This document shows positions 44,401 to 56,400 of a stretch of DNA of 64,000 nt, one piece after another. The first letter of the stretch is position 1. Each line of letters begins with the position of its first letter. The notes beneath the pieces were generated by a model, which was not told the origin of the DNA, searched no databases, and saw only the letters and a program-made list of their open reading frames with translations. Location: assembly GCA_051362555.1 (NCBI GenBank), contig CM120643.1, forward strand, positions 23,254,848 to 23,318,847. The letters are read 5' to 3'. The position numbers and the translations under genes were made by a program. The DNA is from Lingula anatina (Eukaryota; Animalia; Brachiopoda).

Positions 44401-47400
44401 CATACTAGGAGAAACACTCATGGAATGGTGGAATACATGCGTAGGATCAGGTGCGGAATACAGATTTAAATGCAAATGGTTACAAAAGGACGAATCGTTT
44501 GAACCTAAATCAATTAAATATATTTGTATTTATAAGTTGGTGGTTTTACGTCAATGATACGCGTTGTTCTTGGCATCAGCAACACGTCAAGGTTAAGTTA
44601 CCACGCACGTTCTGCATAAAATTAGTTTTATTCGACTTGACTATGTCGTAAATATATCGAACTGGGAACGTGTGGACACCAAAACATGGGATCAGCAAAG
44701 GATGTATTTGCCGACAAATATCTAAACCTAGTTAAAAAACACAAGTATACAGTCATTTCAGCATTTTTCTCTGCCTTAAACCTTTCTTACCAAAATTGCA
44801 TAGGAAATTGTTTGGCATATACCCTTGCTCAGGTAGATGACAAACCATATCACCATGACTACGGTGCGAATCTGCTGACTCCATTTTATCTCAACAGAGG
44901 GCGGGGCTTTGTGCCCAGGAAAAAGAAGAGAATATGGCTGTATCGCTTCTCGTAGCACCTCTTTCGATGGTTTGTTCAAAGTGTGGATTGTAACGGTAGC
45001 CCACAACGCGTACAAGGTCGCTAGAACAAGATACCCGTATCTCCATCCGATTGTCTGATGTAGCCATTGTATAAAGTTTCCAAAAACGACTGTACCTGAA
45101 ACAAGTACAGCATGATGGGTGGATATTACGGCTCAATACCAGCTGTAACACGGCTAATTAATTAAAGGAGGTCATGTAGTGAAAATAAACTTGCGTAGAA
45201 CGCTTCCCTTGCACTAATTATTATAATCAAAGAAACTTTAAACTCAAATGGAGTTGTTAGGCATTGAATTGAAAAGACGAGCAAAATCCCTTTCCAACAA
45301 AGTCTTTTCGTCAGAAGTTTCTCTGGTGAATCTGTACATGTTAAAGTCGAAAAAAAACCTACTTACCCAGAGGCATGGTAACCATAGACCAGCTAGTGCA
45401 CATCACGTGGTATCTATGTTCCCATGGAAACCAGTCAGCCACGATCAGGTATAATGGCGATACAAGAATGTTTATCCCTAGACCGTATAAGACCCCATGG
45501 GAAAATATAAGGTATAGCACACTGGGGGCAATTGCAGATAGGCTTAATCCTAATACAACCAAAACAGTCCCAACGAATGCTGAAATTTTATAGCCACAGT
45601 CATGTGATGTGATTTTTCCTATGAAGCTCAAGGCAGCGCAGCACAGGAAGAAGACAGATTGGATAACACCTGGGAGACAATATACAATTCGTAAGTTTAA
45701 GTATAAATAAACGAATATGAGAATAAAAACACATAAAACATGCTGTTAAGTTGAAGAAGATAACCTTTTTCTTTATACAATAAGGTATCCTGAATATTAA
45801 ATGTGTAACAGCGGCGTTTTACTGAAACAGTAAGAGCATGTATGATTATTTATAGGTACCTGTATGTTTTTTTCTGAGACGAATGCAAACACAAGCACAT
45901 GTTTAAAAGCGACAACAGACTGTATTGTGGCATGATCAAATCTAAGTGTACATGATATTAAACAACTAAATATAATAGATTTTGATCCACTTAGCTCAGG
46001 CTAACCCTAACCATATTATAATAAAATGGAGGACGGAGTTTCTGCTACACGGACACCCAGCAGGGGCGGATTTAGGGCGTCTTCTGGGTCTTCCGGAAGG
46101 CGGTCAGATTTTCAAGTTTACATTGACGGGTATCCAATTTTTTCTGTCGAAAGACGGTCAAAAATGGAGTACGGATCAACATAGATAATTTGGAAGACTG
46201 TCAGAAAAAACTCTGGATCCGCCCCTGCCCAGTTTCGTTACGCAGGGTCAGGGATCCGTGTTCACCCCCCCCCCTCTCTCCGACCCATTTGCTAGCTGAA
46301 AGCAATTTCATTTTATGGACGGTAGGAATAGAGATGGGCACAGTTCTCTGCTTGACATCCAAGGCAACTACCGCAAAGGATGTATGGACAATATATGAGG
46401 CAATGACTATATATATAACCCTTTGGCCCATGTCTAATGGACCCAAGTGTAACTTAGAATATGCATGATAACGGCAAAGCTGGTAAACGAATAACAAAAG
46501 TTTAGTCTACTTTAGGAGCGTGGTCTAGATACGTACTGAAGTATTAAAACTTCCTGAGATAAAATTATTAATTTTCTCAGAAAAAAAGGTCTGTCGTGGC
46601 CAAAAGATAACGCCACATCCCTTAAAACATTTTAAGTTTAGGTAGAAACGGGGGGAAAAGCTACGTTGATCAATTTAGGCCCATTTTTTTTTACGTATCT
46701 GTCTACTGAATCATCGGCCATTCAGAAAAAAGTACGCTGCTTTCAATACACAAGTGGATCATTTCTGCTCATCCGAGCTGACAACTTTAAGATCTGATAC
46801 AAGATATAAACTGTATAGCTGAACTCTCCAACGTCTGCTATTCTGCACTGTTTATGATATCTTGTACAATGCGTTCCATTTTGTTCTCCAGGTCCTCCAG
46901 TTTGGTTGTTTGACCGTCCTTTTCTTTTTCTTTGTCCCATAGTGATAGTAGAATCCTCAAGTATCTACTCGAACTAAAGGCTAGCAGAGTGATGACCTCA
47001 GTTCTATACACAGCTTATTGCAGTGCAGAAAAGTGCACAAAAATAAATTTTCTATTGAAAGAAACACCCTGTTGTCCTGATGGAGGGTACCAATTATCCA
47101 TTCTGTCACGCCAGACAGCGGAATAGGTGGTGCAAACAATAACCAAAGGCGGAGGCAAAATGGTGATACTTTTATCCAAGAATTCGAAACATTGAGAAGT
47201 GACACAAAGTTCAATAACCTACACATATCACCCTGCAGCAGTGACCCGATACATATTGACAAGCCACATACTAGTATGTCTTTTATAGTGACCTGCTTTT
47301 TTATCTACCCCAGATTACACACCTGTACGCATGTCCTTCACCAGCTATTGTGGTCGACCATGCATATCTTTTGAACAATCAGTCGACAAGCAAAGCCAAT

Positions 47401-50400
47401 GCACTTGACTATCTTTCATGTGATATTTTACAGTTTACTTCTTTCTAATGTGTCATGTTATTGATATCTAATTGTGCATAACGTTTTCTATGCGTAAATG
47501 TAAACCTAAGAGCTTGTCCTTAATATATATACAGGGTTACTCAAAAGGGTTGTCATACCCTTCCGAATTTTTAAAAATAAAATAATGTTACAGGTGTTTA
47601 AAGCCACATTAGTGTTGATATTTTGTTTATTTCTTCACCACACTAATCAGTGGCCATTACCTATGTCAAATATGAGCACATATCAACGTATAGTAGATTT
47701 AAAGTAAAGGGTGTGAGAGTATGCGAATAGATGTTGCCAGCTTGGCTATAAAAGGGACATTTTTGCCTTGATATAAAGCGGATCACTGGGCTAGATGAAG
47801 TCTAACCTCCAGCAAACTATAGCTAAGCCAGGACCGACTGACACTGGTCGTAGGAACCAGATGGCTGCATCCAATGAAATGGGCCTCAGGAAAACCAGCA
47901 TTGCCAGAGGGACTGGGTTGTTTCAAGATGAAGAGTACTCCAGATGAGAGCTGCCACCGAAAGTGTGGCGACTCGTAATTCCACAGGTCGACCCAATGCC
48001 ACTGACGTCTGTACTGATCGTATCATCATCAAAATTGTCAGAAGAACCCGCACTTAGGCTGCGTTCACATGAAAAATCTATTTTCTAAAAATCTAAAAAT
48101 CTATTTACGGTATCTTGGGATCACGGTCTGTGCCCTGAATACCCCGCGGCGTAATAACTGGCAGCGCCGAAAATTTATAACAGCTTTGGAAGTAACTGGC
48201 TCCTGCTGCCCGTAATTACGCACCCAGCGGGCAAATCAACATTGAATCAATGTTGAATCAACGTTGATGGTCAACGTTGAAACTATGTTGATATGACGTT
48301 GACTATGAAAGTTGACTCAACGTTGAATCAACCTTGAGGTCTCAATGTTGAATCAACGTTGACGGTCAACGTTGAAACTATGTTGATATGACGTTGACTA
48401 TGAAAGTTGACTCAACGTTGAACCATCAAGGTTGAATCAACCTTGAGGTCTCAATGTTGAATCAACATTGACAGTCAACATTGAAACTATGTTGATATGA
48501 CGTTGACTATGAAAGTTGACTCAATGTTGAACCATCAAGGTTGAATCAACCTTGAGGTCTCAATGTTGAATCAACGTTGACGGTCAACGTTGAAACTATG
48601 TTGATATGACGTTGACTATGAAAGTTGACTCAACGTTGAACCATCAAGGTTGAATCAACCTTGAGGTCTCAATGTTGAATCAACATTGACAGTCAACATT
48701 GAAACTATGTTGATATGACGTTGACTATGAAAGTTGACTCAATGTTGAACCATCAAGGTTGAATCAACCTTGAGGTCTCAATGTTGAATCAACGTTGACG
48801 GTCAACGTTGAAACTATGTTGATATGACGTTGACTATGCAAGTTGACTCAACATTGAACCATCAAGGTTGAATCAACCTTGAGGTCTCAATGTTGAATCA
48901 ACGTTGATGGTCAATGTTGAAACTATGTTGATATGACGTTGACTATGAAAGTTGACTCAACGTTGAACCATCAAGGTTGAATCAACCTTGAACCATCAAG
49001 GTTGAATCAACATTGATACCTCAATGTTGAATCAATGTTGAAATTAAGTTGAATTTGAAAATTGAATTAACGTTGATATATCAATTAGGCTATCAGGATA
49101 TTTGATTGAAATTTGCCTGATGGCTGAAGGTGTTCTCCAAGATATCAAGCATTTCTTGAAATAAAAAGACTCAGATCTGAAAAGGGGGGGGGGGGAATAA
49201 GGAAAATTACCTACAAAAAAAAGTAATTTCGGAAGAAAAGGGGGGGGGGGGGGTCCAGACCCCAGGACCGGCCCCTGTATCCACCTATGGGTCGTCAGAT
49301 TCTTTTTAAACTTTCCAGTTTGATGCTCAGTGTTACGGACCAAAACAGCCCTAACATAAAAAAACACAAACAACAACTAACTTAACTATGAATATAATAT
49401 ATTACAAACAATGAACATACACTACATAAACTAACTACATGTAATACTATCATGTTGCATAAACTTTAACATTTGTCAAATACAGTTAAATTCTAACAGA
49501 TTCGTAGACAGTTAAGTTTTGAAGACGCAATGTCACAGTTTTACGAGTCCTTTTCTGTTAAACGTTCCTCCTGATAGTGTGGAGTTTTGAAGACGCAATG
49601 TCACCGTTTTCCATGTCCTTATCTGTTGAATGATCCTCCTGATAGTGTGGAGTTTTGAAGACGCAATGTCACGGTTTTCCATGTCCTTATCTGTTGAACG
49701 ATCCTCCTGATGGTGTGGCCTCACAAAGTACTGTTAATAAAGTACAGTTTTTGTACTGTAAAAGTGTTACACACTGTCCACACTCACGTGTTGCATCAGT
49801 TCATGTAATCCGGAGTCTCGCACTTAATAACAGTCCCGCACTTCATTTACATTATACAAGTATGCTGGCACATTCGGTAATTACTCATAAAAATTAAACA
49901 ACAAATTAGCTTTACTAAAATAATTATAACGTCACATCAGGTAGTTAAGATAATTTTAAGAATACAAAAACAAAGGGTCACCAGTCTAATTTTTTTCTCA
50001 CAGCTAACTTAAATTTCCAGAAAAACAGGCATTTTTGGCTTTTTCAAGCTTTTTCTTCAACCTTGAGTAAAATTTTGTCAATTTGCCATAAAGTAAGGCT
50101 GGTGACCCTATGTTTTTTTTCTTTTTCTTAAAGATAACCTGTGGAAAGTTTAAAAAAAACTGACGACCGCTTTTTTCACAAAATTAATTTTAATGAAAAA
50201 GGGGTAAAACAAGCGTTTTATGAGGGGTAATTACCCCTATGCATACCTCTCTAGTGAGATAATCATTTAAAACTATTATCAAGGTTATGATTAAGGTTAT
50301 AAAGTTAAGGTTGGCCCAATGTTGAGATCCAGTTGATATGTCAACATTGACAAAGGGTTTACAAACACAGGTTGATTCAATGTTGAAATCCTGTTGATCT

Positions 50401-51602
50401 ATCAACATTGAAAACTGATTGACAAAGAAAGGTAAAATCAATGTTGAGACCCTGTTGATCTATCAACATTGACAATTGGTTGACAAGAAAAGGTTGATTC
50501 AATGTTGAAATCCTGTTGATCTATCAACATTGAAAATTGATTGACAAAGAAAGGTTAAATCAATGTTGAGACCCTGTTGATTTATCAACATTGACAATTG
50601 GTTGACAAGAAAAGGTTGATTCAATGTTGAGATCTTGTTGATCTATCAATATTGATGGATCAACATCATCTCAACCTATCCTCAATGTTGAATCAACGTT
50701 GAGTGCCCGCTGGGCAGTGGGTATTAAAGGCACAGACCGTGATCACAAGATACCGCAAATAGATTTTTAGATTTTTAGAAAATAGATTTTTCATGTGAAC
50801 GCAGCCTTAATCTGCCATTGGCATTGCTACAGAATCACGGACTCATCATTTACTATGTCTTCCCCGCCAAACTGTGCATAGGAGACTAGAGTGATTAAAC
50901 ATTTTGCGACTGCGACGATACAACTGTACAGTAAAAAAAATTACATTTGTAACAAAATCCATAATTTTGTTCGGTGTGACAACCATTTTGGGTAACAGAG
51001 TACTACCGATGTCACTGAAGCATGCAACAATTATCGATTCGGAAAATAAGCCAGAGGCATGCCTGTGAATATCTAATGAAAAATCAACCTGTGAACTTGG
51101 AAGTGAGCACTTCCTTTACAAAGCATGTGCTGTCAATAATAACATTAATAATAATACTTTTACCAAAATTGGCGACCGGCCTGTCAAAATTATCATTCAT
51201 TAATTTTTTTGTTGAGAAGGAAAACTGAAAGTTTAATTTAAGGTTTTTAAAAAGTCGTTCAGTGGCGTTTTGATTCAATACAATTTTTCGGGGAAACCAA
51301 ATTTGAGTTAGTTTCAACGTTAGGTTAAAAATCCGCATTTTAATGGCGGGTTTCAGAAAACCCCTGGATACTCTCAGCGTTTGGATCTCGTAAAGACATT
51401 CATCCCATTGAAGGTGAGCCTTCCTGGCTGGGAAGGTTTTCTGGAAATACGAAAACGACTTACCTATGGTTGCTTGAGACGAGGATCCCAACATAGGATC
51501 CTTACTAAAAGTGGTCACAAAAACGCCCCAACTCATCTTGATGCCATTATGGACAAGAAACAGTACAGATGACAGCAATACAATCAGCCACCCGTGGTAC
51601 AT
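38472..51602 (-). CDS. MFS transporter, SLC16/monocarboxylate transporter-like, copy C, about 421 aa
   Basis: Six exons: 51602-51464, 45669-45367, 45095-44791, 44334-44109, 43890-43747, 38620-38472. All introns are GT-AG and in frame. MCT-like segments: GWLIV..GIKMSWGVF, GVLYGLG, GWRYGY, SRLLVSALGDR, GPFFSGVIYDISGSYKPAF. Confidence 0.85.
39175..39360. repeat. 75-bp tandem repeat, about 2.5 units
   Basis: cagaaagat... recurs at 39179, 39254 and 39329. Confidence 0.9.
40631..42822 (+). mobile_element. Non-autonomous CMC/EnSpm-like DNA transposon, left-truncated copy
   Basis: Ends TGCCCGCTGGG. It has a 109-bp subterminal array (40631-41300) and three 68-bp repeats (41747-41950). Nearly identical to 48223-50714. 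Confidence 0.8.
42925..43185 (+). mobile_element. tRNA-derived SINE with Meta/MESC-like core
   Basis: A box TGGCCTTGTGG and B box GGTTCGACC, followed by gggtcatag...aaacggtatctgctgcctctccgcttggctctcag, which resembles the Meta-SINE core. AT-rich tail. Confidence 0.75.
46061..46227. mobile_element. MITE with CAGGGGCGGAT TIR and 5-bp TSD CCCAG
   Basis: CCCAG|CAGGGGCGGAT ... ATCCGCCCCTG|CCCAG. Confidence 0.85.
48057..50806. mobile_element. PIF/Harbinger-type MITE with about 90-bp TIRs and TTA TSD (middle layer)
   Basis: TTA|GGCTGCGTTCACATGAAAAATCTA ... TAGATTTTTCATGTGAACGCAGCC|TTA. Confidence 0.88.
48223..50714 (+). mobile_element. Full-length non-autonomous CMC/EnSpm-like DNA transposon (inner layer)
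   Basis: CA|CCCAGCGGGCA ... TGCCCGCTGGG|CA, a 2-bp TSD. It has a 109-bp subterminal tandem array built from TCAACGTTGA palindromes and no transposase ORF. Confidence 0.85.
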
Positions 51603-52254
51603 CGTTAACTAGACGAAAAACAGGTCCATGATGCTGTAAAATTAGTGGAGTCATGCACCCCATACGCCGCAGGGCTAGATCGGTTCCTACTACTTTATAC
51701 AAGTAACCTCCCTAGGTTTTGACCCACTTTCGCCACGCTAACCCTGAAAGAGGGTATTCAATTTTCCCACAAGGGAATTGAATTCTGGGTAGATAAAACA
51801 GAATACATTTTGATATCAAATGGATCGTTTTTCAGTCACAACGGCGATAGTCCGCAAGGTCTGGCTCGAAAATACGTTTAGAGTCAGCATGCTATTCCAT
51901 TTTTGCGAATCTAAAGTATTTGGAGTGTTCTATACCCCTAGTATACCGAAGTATATACTTTTGGTTCAGATTCCTTCATATGCCTTGCCATTATGCCATG
52001 ACTTGAACATCTAGACTGGATATTTTTTTCCATAAGTGCAGTAAGTTGGCCAGCAAATAGGAGCGGTCAAATTGAAGCATTCTCTCTTGTGACCTTGTCC
52101 GTTTCTATTATAAACAAATGAAAAAGAATGCTAGGAGAACGCTTGTTTGAGTCAATATTGCTCAGCAGACGATATTCAAAAGGTCAAATCAGCCTGATCA
52201 CCGGCAATGGAGGCCCTGCTATTGGTTCTTCTGTTACTAACCGGTCACCATGGG

Positions 52255-52610
52255 TTCACCACATACCAGTTATCTTATTGACTTGAAAGTTAAAATGCAT
52301 GTCTTCAAAGCAACCTGTACCTTATCAGAACGAAATCCTTAAATCAAGAAAAATATGTTTCGAAAATATGTGATTGGGCAACTTTTTTCTGCTCATGACT
52401 ACCTTAGTGGCAGTCCCAATCAAGATGCTGTATGCGATGCACTGGGTGAGAAGACCTCATTGTGATAGTTGTGCCTGAGTGTGCTGATATATAAAAAGGG
52501 GGAATGATGCGGCGTGACTGAGGGACCGCGTATCAGTGGGTTTGTCCCTCATGAGAATCGTACATTAGAAATAGCGTGTCGGAGGTGGACAAAAATATTA
52601 AACTGGACTA
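52255..52610. repeat. Paralogous non-coding block, also at 36430-36790
   Basis: Shared agtggcagtcccaatca, cctcattgtgatagttgtgcctga and aatgatgcggcgtgactgaggg. Confidence 0.85.
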
Positions 52611-52633
52611 ACCTTCACAAATCTAAAAAATGC

Positions 52634-52868
52634 GGTGGCATAGCGGCCAGGACCCTCTTATAAATGTCAGCTAGATCGACACCCCCCCCCCCCCGCCTCT
52701 CTTTTTATGGGTGGTTGGTGACGGCTCATGTTGAATGCATCTCGTACATGTACATGTATCTTGCGTGAAATGTCAGATGACTCAAATTCAAGGATCTTGG
52801 ATGAATTCAAGTCAATACTGTGGCCGATCTACCTGACATTTTACAAGGGTCCTGGCCGCTTTACCACC
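52634..52868. mobile_element. MITE with about 45-bp TIRs
   Basis: GGTGGCATAGCGGCCAGGACCC ... GGGTCCTGGCCGCTTTACCACC. Confidence 0.7.
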
Positions 52869-53451
52869 TAGCGGTCATTGATAACAACATCTACTCACAT
52901 CAGCCTGATGGAGGCCAACGTCCAGGTTGGCCGTAAGCTAAAGGTTGTACATATTTCGGATTGTGTTAAATAATTATCATGTACGAGTCCGACAATCAAT
53001 AAGCAAAGACGTAGATTAAAAAAAAAATATATTCAAATTCATCGTCCTACATGTAGTCCTTTGGGGAGTTTCGGTATAATAGATGTCAATCACAAATTAC
53101 CAGTATAATCCTGCGTTATAGTTTTTGTACACCCTACATCATCTTCTACTTTTAGAAATATGGCACCAGTTAGAAACCGAACAACTCGCGACTCGTGCTA
53201 AAAGTTTTTCCTCTGATTGACATATTGATTTCCGGTGCATGACACCACAACGAGGCTATTAACCATAACCACACACAAGATTCCTTTTGTTTACAGTCCT
53301 GAGCGACAATGGCTTGTTTCCTCTCAAAAAATTAGGTGACAAGATATTTGGACATATAAAACTGTTTAAAATGTTCACAGACCTTTTAAAATAATAATAA
53401 TTGAGATCTTCTTTCGTGTTTCCTGATGACTGCAAATGATTACGCGGCATT

Positions 53452-56400
53452 CTAATACTGACACACTGATCCGACCTTGGCTAACTTTTTCTGTACACTG
53501 TTGATAAGGATGATGGATGCAGTCAGGAGTGCATTGACCAAGTATAGCGCAGCCATGGTTAAAAACGCTGGCTTGTATGATCCACTAATATCATAAATAA
53601 CACCTGAAAAGAAAAATAAAACCTTAGTCGTCGCCAGACTAATTATTTTACATTAGAAAAATCACTTTTTAAGCCAGTTTGGAATAATACGGCATTTCAG
53701 AAATAGGTTGTCCTAAACCCTTAATTCGTCTTTGTTTTATTATATTTTTTTTTCCATTTATTTTTGAGTTTTTTTATTGTTAACGGAAACAACACGAGAA
53801 GGCTTTTTTTTAGCAATTTATTATTCTGACAATCTATTTAAACAAATTTATGACATTTTCTTTAGCCTCTTCTTGCCTTCGTAGTACTTTTTTCCTTTCT
53901 TTTTCAAGACACTCAAGTTGTCGTGTGCACTATGTTAAGATAACATTCTGGATGCATACCCGATAGAAAGGGGCCAATAGCCGCTCCCAATCCCATGCTA
54001 GACCGCAATATAACAAACAGAGTCTGTACATCCTGTCCACTGAGTGCTTCACCACAGGAAGCATACCAAGCTGCTATGATGGGCCCTTGACCAAGCCCTA
54101 AGACTGAAATATATAAAAAATATGAATGTCATGAAGCACAGTGGTCGTTTTTTACTGTCAAAATAAACTGATTTGTGTGATACATAATCAGGCTATGTTT
54201 GAAGGATTATCTTTTTGTAGATGTTTGAGATATGAAATATAAAAATGTAACGGAAAAGATATTTTTGTCTAAAAAGTGCAATATTGACTCATGAATGCAT
54301 ATTAAGATATTTGTGAGTCAAAGACTGGACAAATGCAAAAGGTACCTAAAGGTAGATCAAAATTAGATTCCCTGTATAGTATTTTGAAACAACAGTATAT
54401 CGTGTTACTGAATTCAAGTTATGCAAAGCACAATTCAAGGAGAAAGGGTTTACAGTTTTGCTGTTAAATTACCATCTGTTTTTTATTTAATTCTATTTCA
54501 GTCTAATTCTACTTATTTATGTATTTAATATTTTGTTACTAACTGTTTTCCCATTCCCAGTCAGTGTACAGGTAGCCAGTATGGCAACAAAGGAATGAAC
54601 TCTTACCAGTACTGAATATAAACATCCCCGTCAATGTTGTAAAATATGGGACTAGTATGTTATTAATCATGAGTAAACCAGCACAAATTACGTAGATGTA
54701 GAGAATATTTCCTTTCACACGGTCCCCCAGTGCAGACACGAGCAGACGACTCAAAAATCCCGCCACGCCGTCCGCAGTCAAACAGTGAGCGCCATCTGCT
54801 GACGTGTATCCTAAATCCTCCACTTGCCTTACCTGGATTAATAAGTGGCATTGTTACAATATTAGTAGTTTGACATATGGATTAAGGATGGCTTTCTGGA
54901 TGAGCATATCGAAATATGAAATATGAAAAATTAGAGTTAAATACGACATGGGTGGCTAAACTATTGCGAGAACACGCGCATCGCGAGAGAGAGTGAAGCA
55001 GTTTTGACAAAATTCAATTTAAATACCCCCACTGGCCAACTATCTTGTCTCTATTTTAATTTTTCAATGTTAATAAGGTAAAATTCGTATTCTACGTCCA
55101 GTTAAAACTGCTTGGATCGAAACGCATTGTTATAACTTGTTATAACTATACTTGGCACTAAAAAAAATCCTTGCAGAAGTTCGAACGCGATTATTATTGA
55201 GTACTAACCTCTTACGAGAAACAAGTTGGCAAATTCGAAATTTCGTGCTATGTAAATTATAAAATGGCTTTTATCTGACTTCAAACTCGTCAATACTTTG
55301 CATCTTACCAAAATTGCATAGGAAATTGTTTGGCATATACCCTTGCTCAGGTAGATGACAAACCACATCACCATGACAACAACTCGAATCTGCTTACTCC
55401 ATTTTATCTCAACAGAGGGCGAGACTTCCTGCTTTGGACAAATGAGATACTCTGGCTGTATCGCTTCTTGTAACACCTCTTTAGTTGGCTTATATAACGT
55501 GTGGATTGATACGGTGGCCCACAGCGCGTAAAAGGTCGCTAGAACCAGATACCCGTATCTCCATCCTATAGATTGGTGTAACCATTGTATTAAGTTTCCG
55601 AAGACGACGGTGCCTGAAACAAAAGCATAATGTTTATTCTGCTGTATAGATCCGATAAAAACTTATGAATTCTGTCAAAATGGAAATTTTCTGCCTGTCT
55701 TTTTTGTTTGTCCCCAATTAACTTTCTATCATACAGTTATAATTTTGGTAGAAAAAAAAAACTGTTTTTCTCTGTACGCACAGTATGACCTTGATTTAAT
55801 ATATCTCCCTTGATATCCATGCTCAAAACTTCGCATTAAAAATACGAACATGAAATATCATGCAAACATGCAGAGAGAGTAGCATAATTAGTATAACCGA
55901 CAAAATCTTATTTGATTATGCCCATAGGACACACAGAAGCCAAATCAATAAGGACGTTGAGGGTACCCAAGACCACTGTAAAAATATGGCTCATCTAAAG
56001 CTCTACATAGCTGATTCTATGTTGTACAGACATTCTCTCTGCAAATCTGTGGTAAAATGTAAGACATAACTAAACCCAAACATCCGAGTTATCCCAATAC
56101 CTCGTAAACTGGCGTCAAAATTTCAAGGAATTTAGAGGAAACTGGGATCAGAAATGATGACAGACTATAAACTAAGGTGCAGCAACAATGAATTTTTTTT
56201 AAAAAAGCTAAAATTTATTCACGGATACTTTTCTGGTTGTTTTCAGTCAAATTCACATATATATCTAGGAAAACTTACTGAACGGATCCCAGTTTCTCTG
56301 TGAACCTTGTAGTGGTTATACCCATCTAGTATTATATCTGCTAACTTTCATGGGTCAATTAGCCTGAATGTACATGTATTGACAACAGACGGCTGAAGCG

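Larger units (their letters stand above)
47532..51000 (+). mobile_element. Degenerate Tc1 element (outer layer of a nested insertion)
   Basis: TA|CAGGGTTACTCAAAAGGGTTGTCATACC ... GGTGTGACAACCATTTTGGGTAACAGAG|TA. The transposase remnant STGRPNATD..DRIIIKIVRRTRT continues after the insert as SAIGIATE...RQTVHRRL. Confidence 0.8.
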
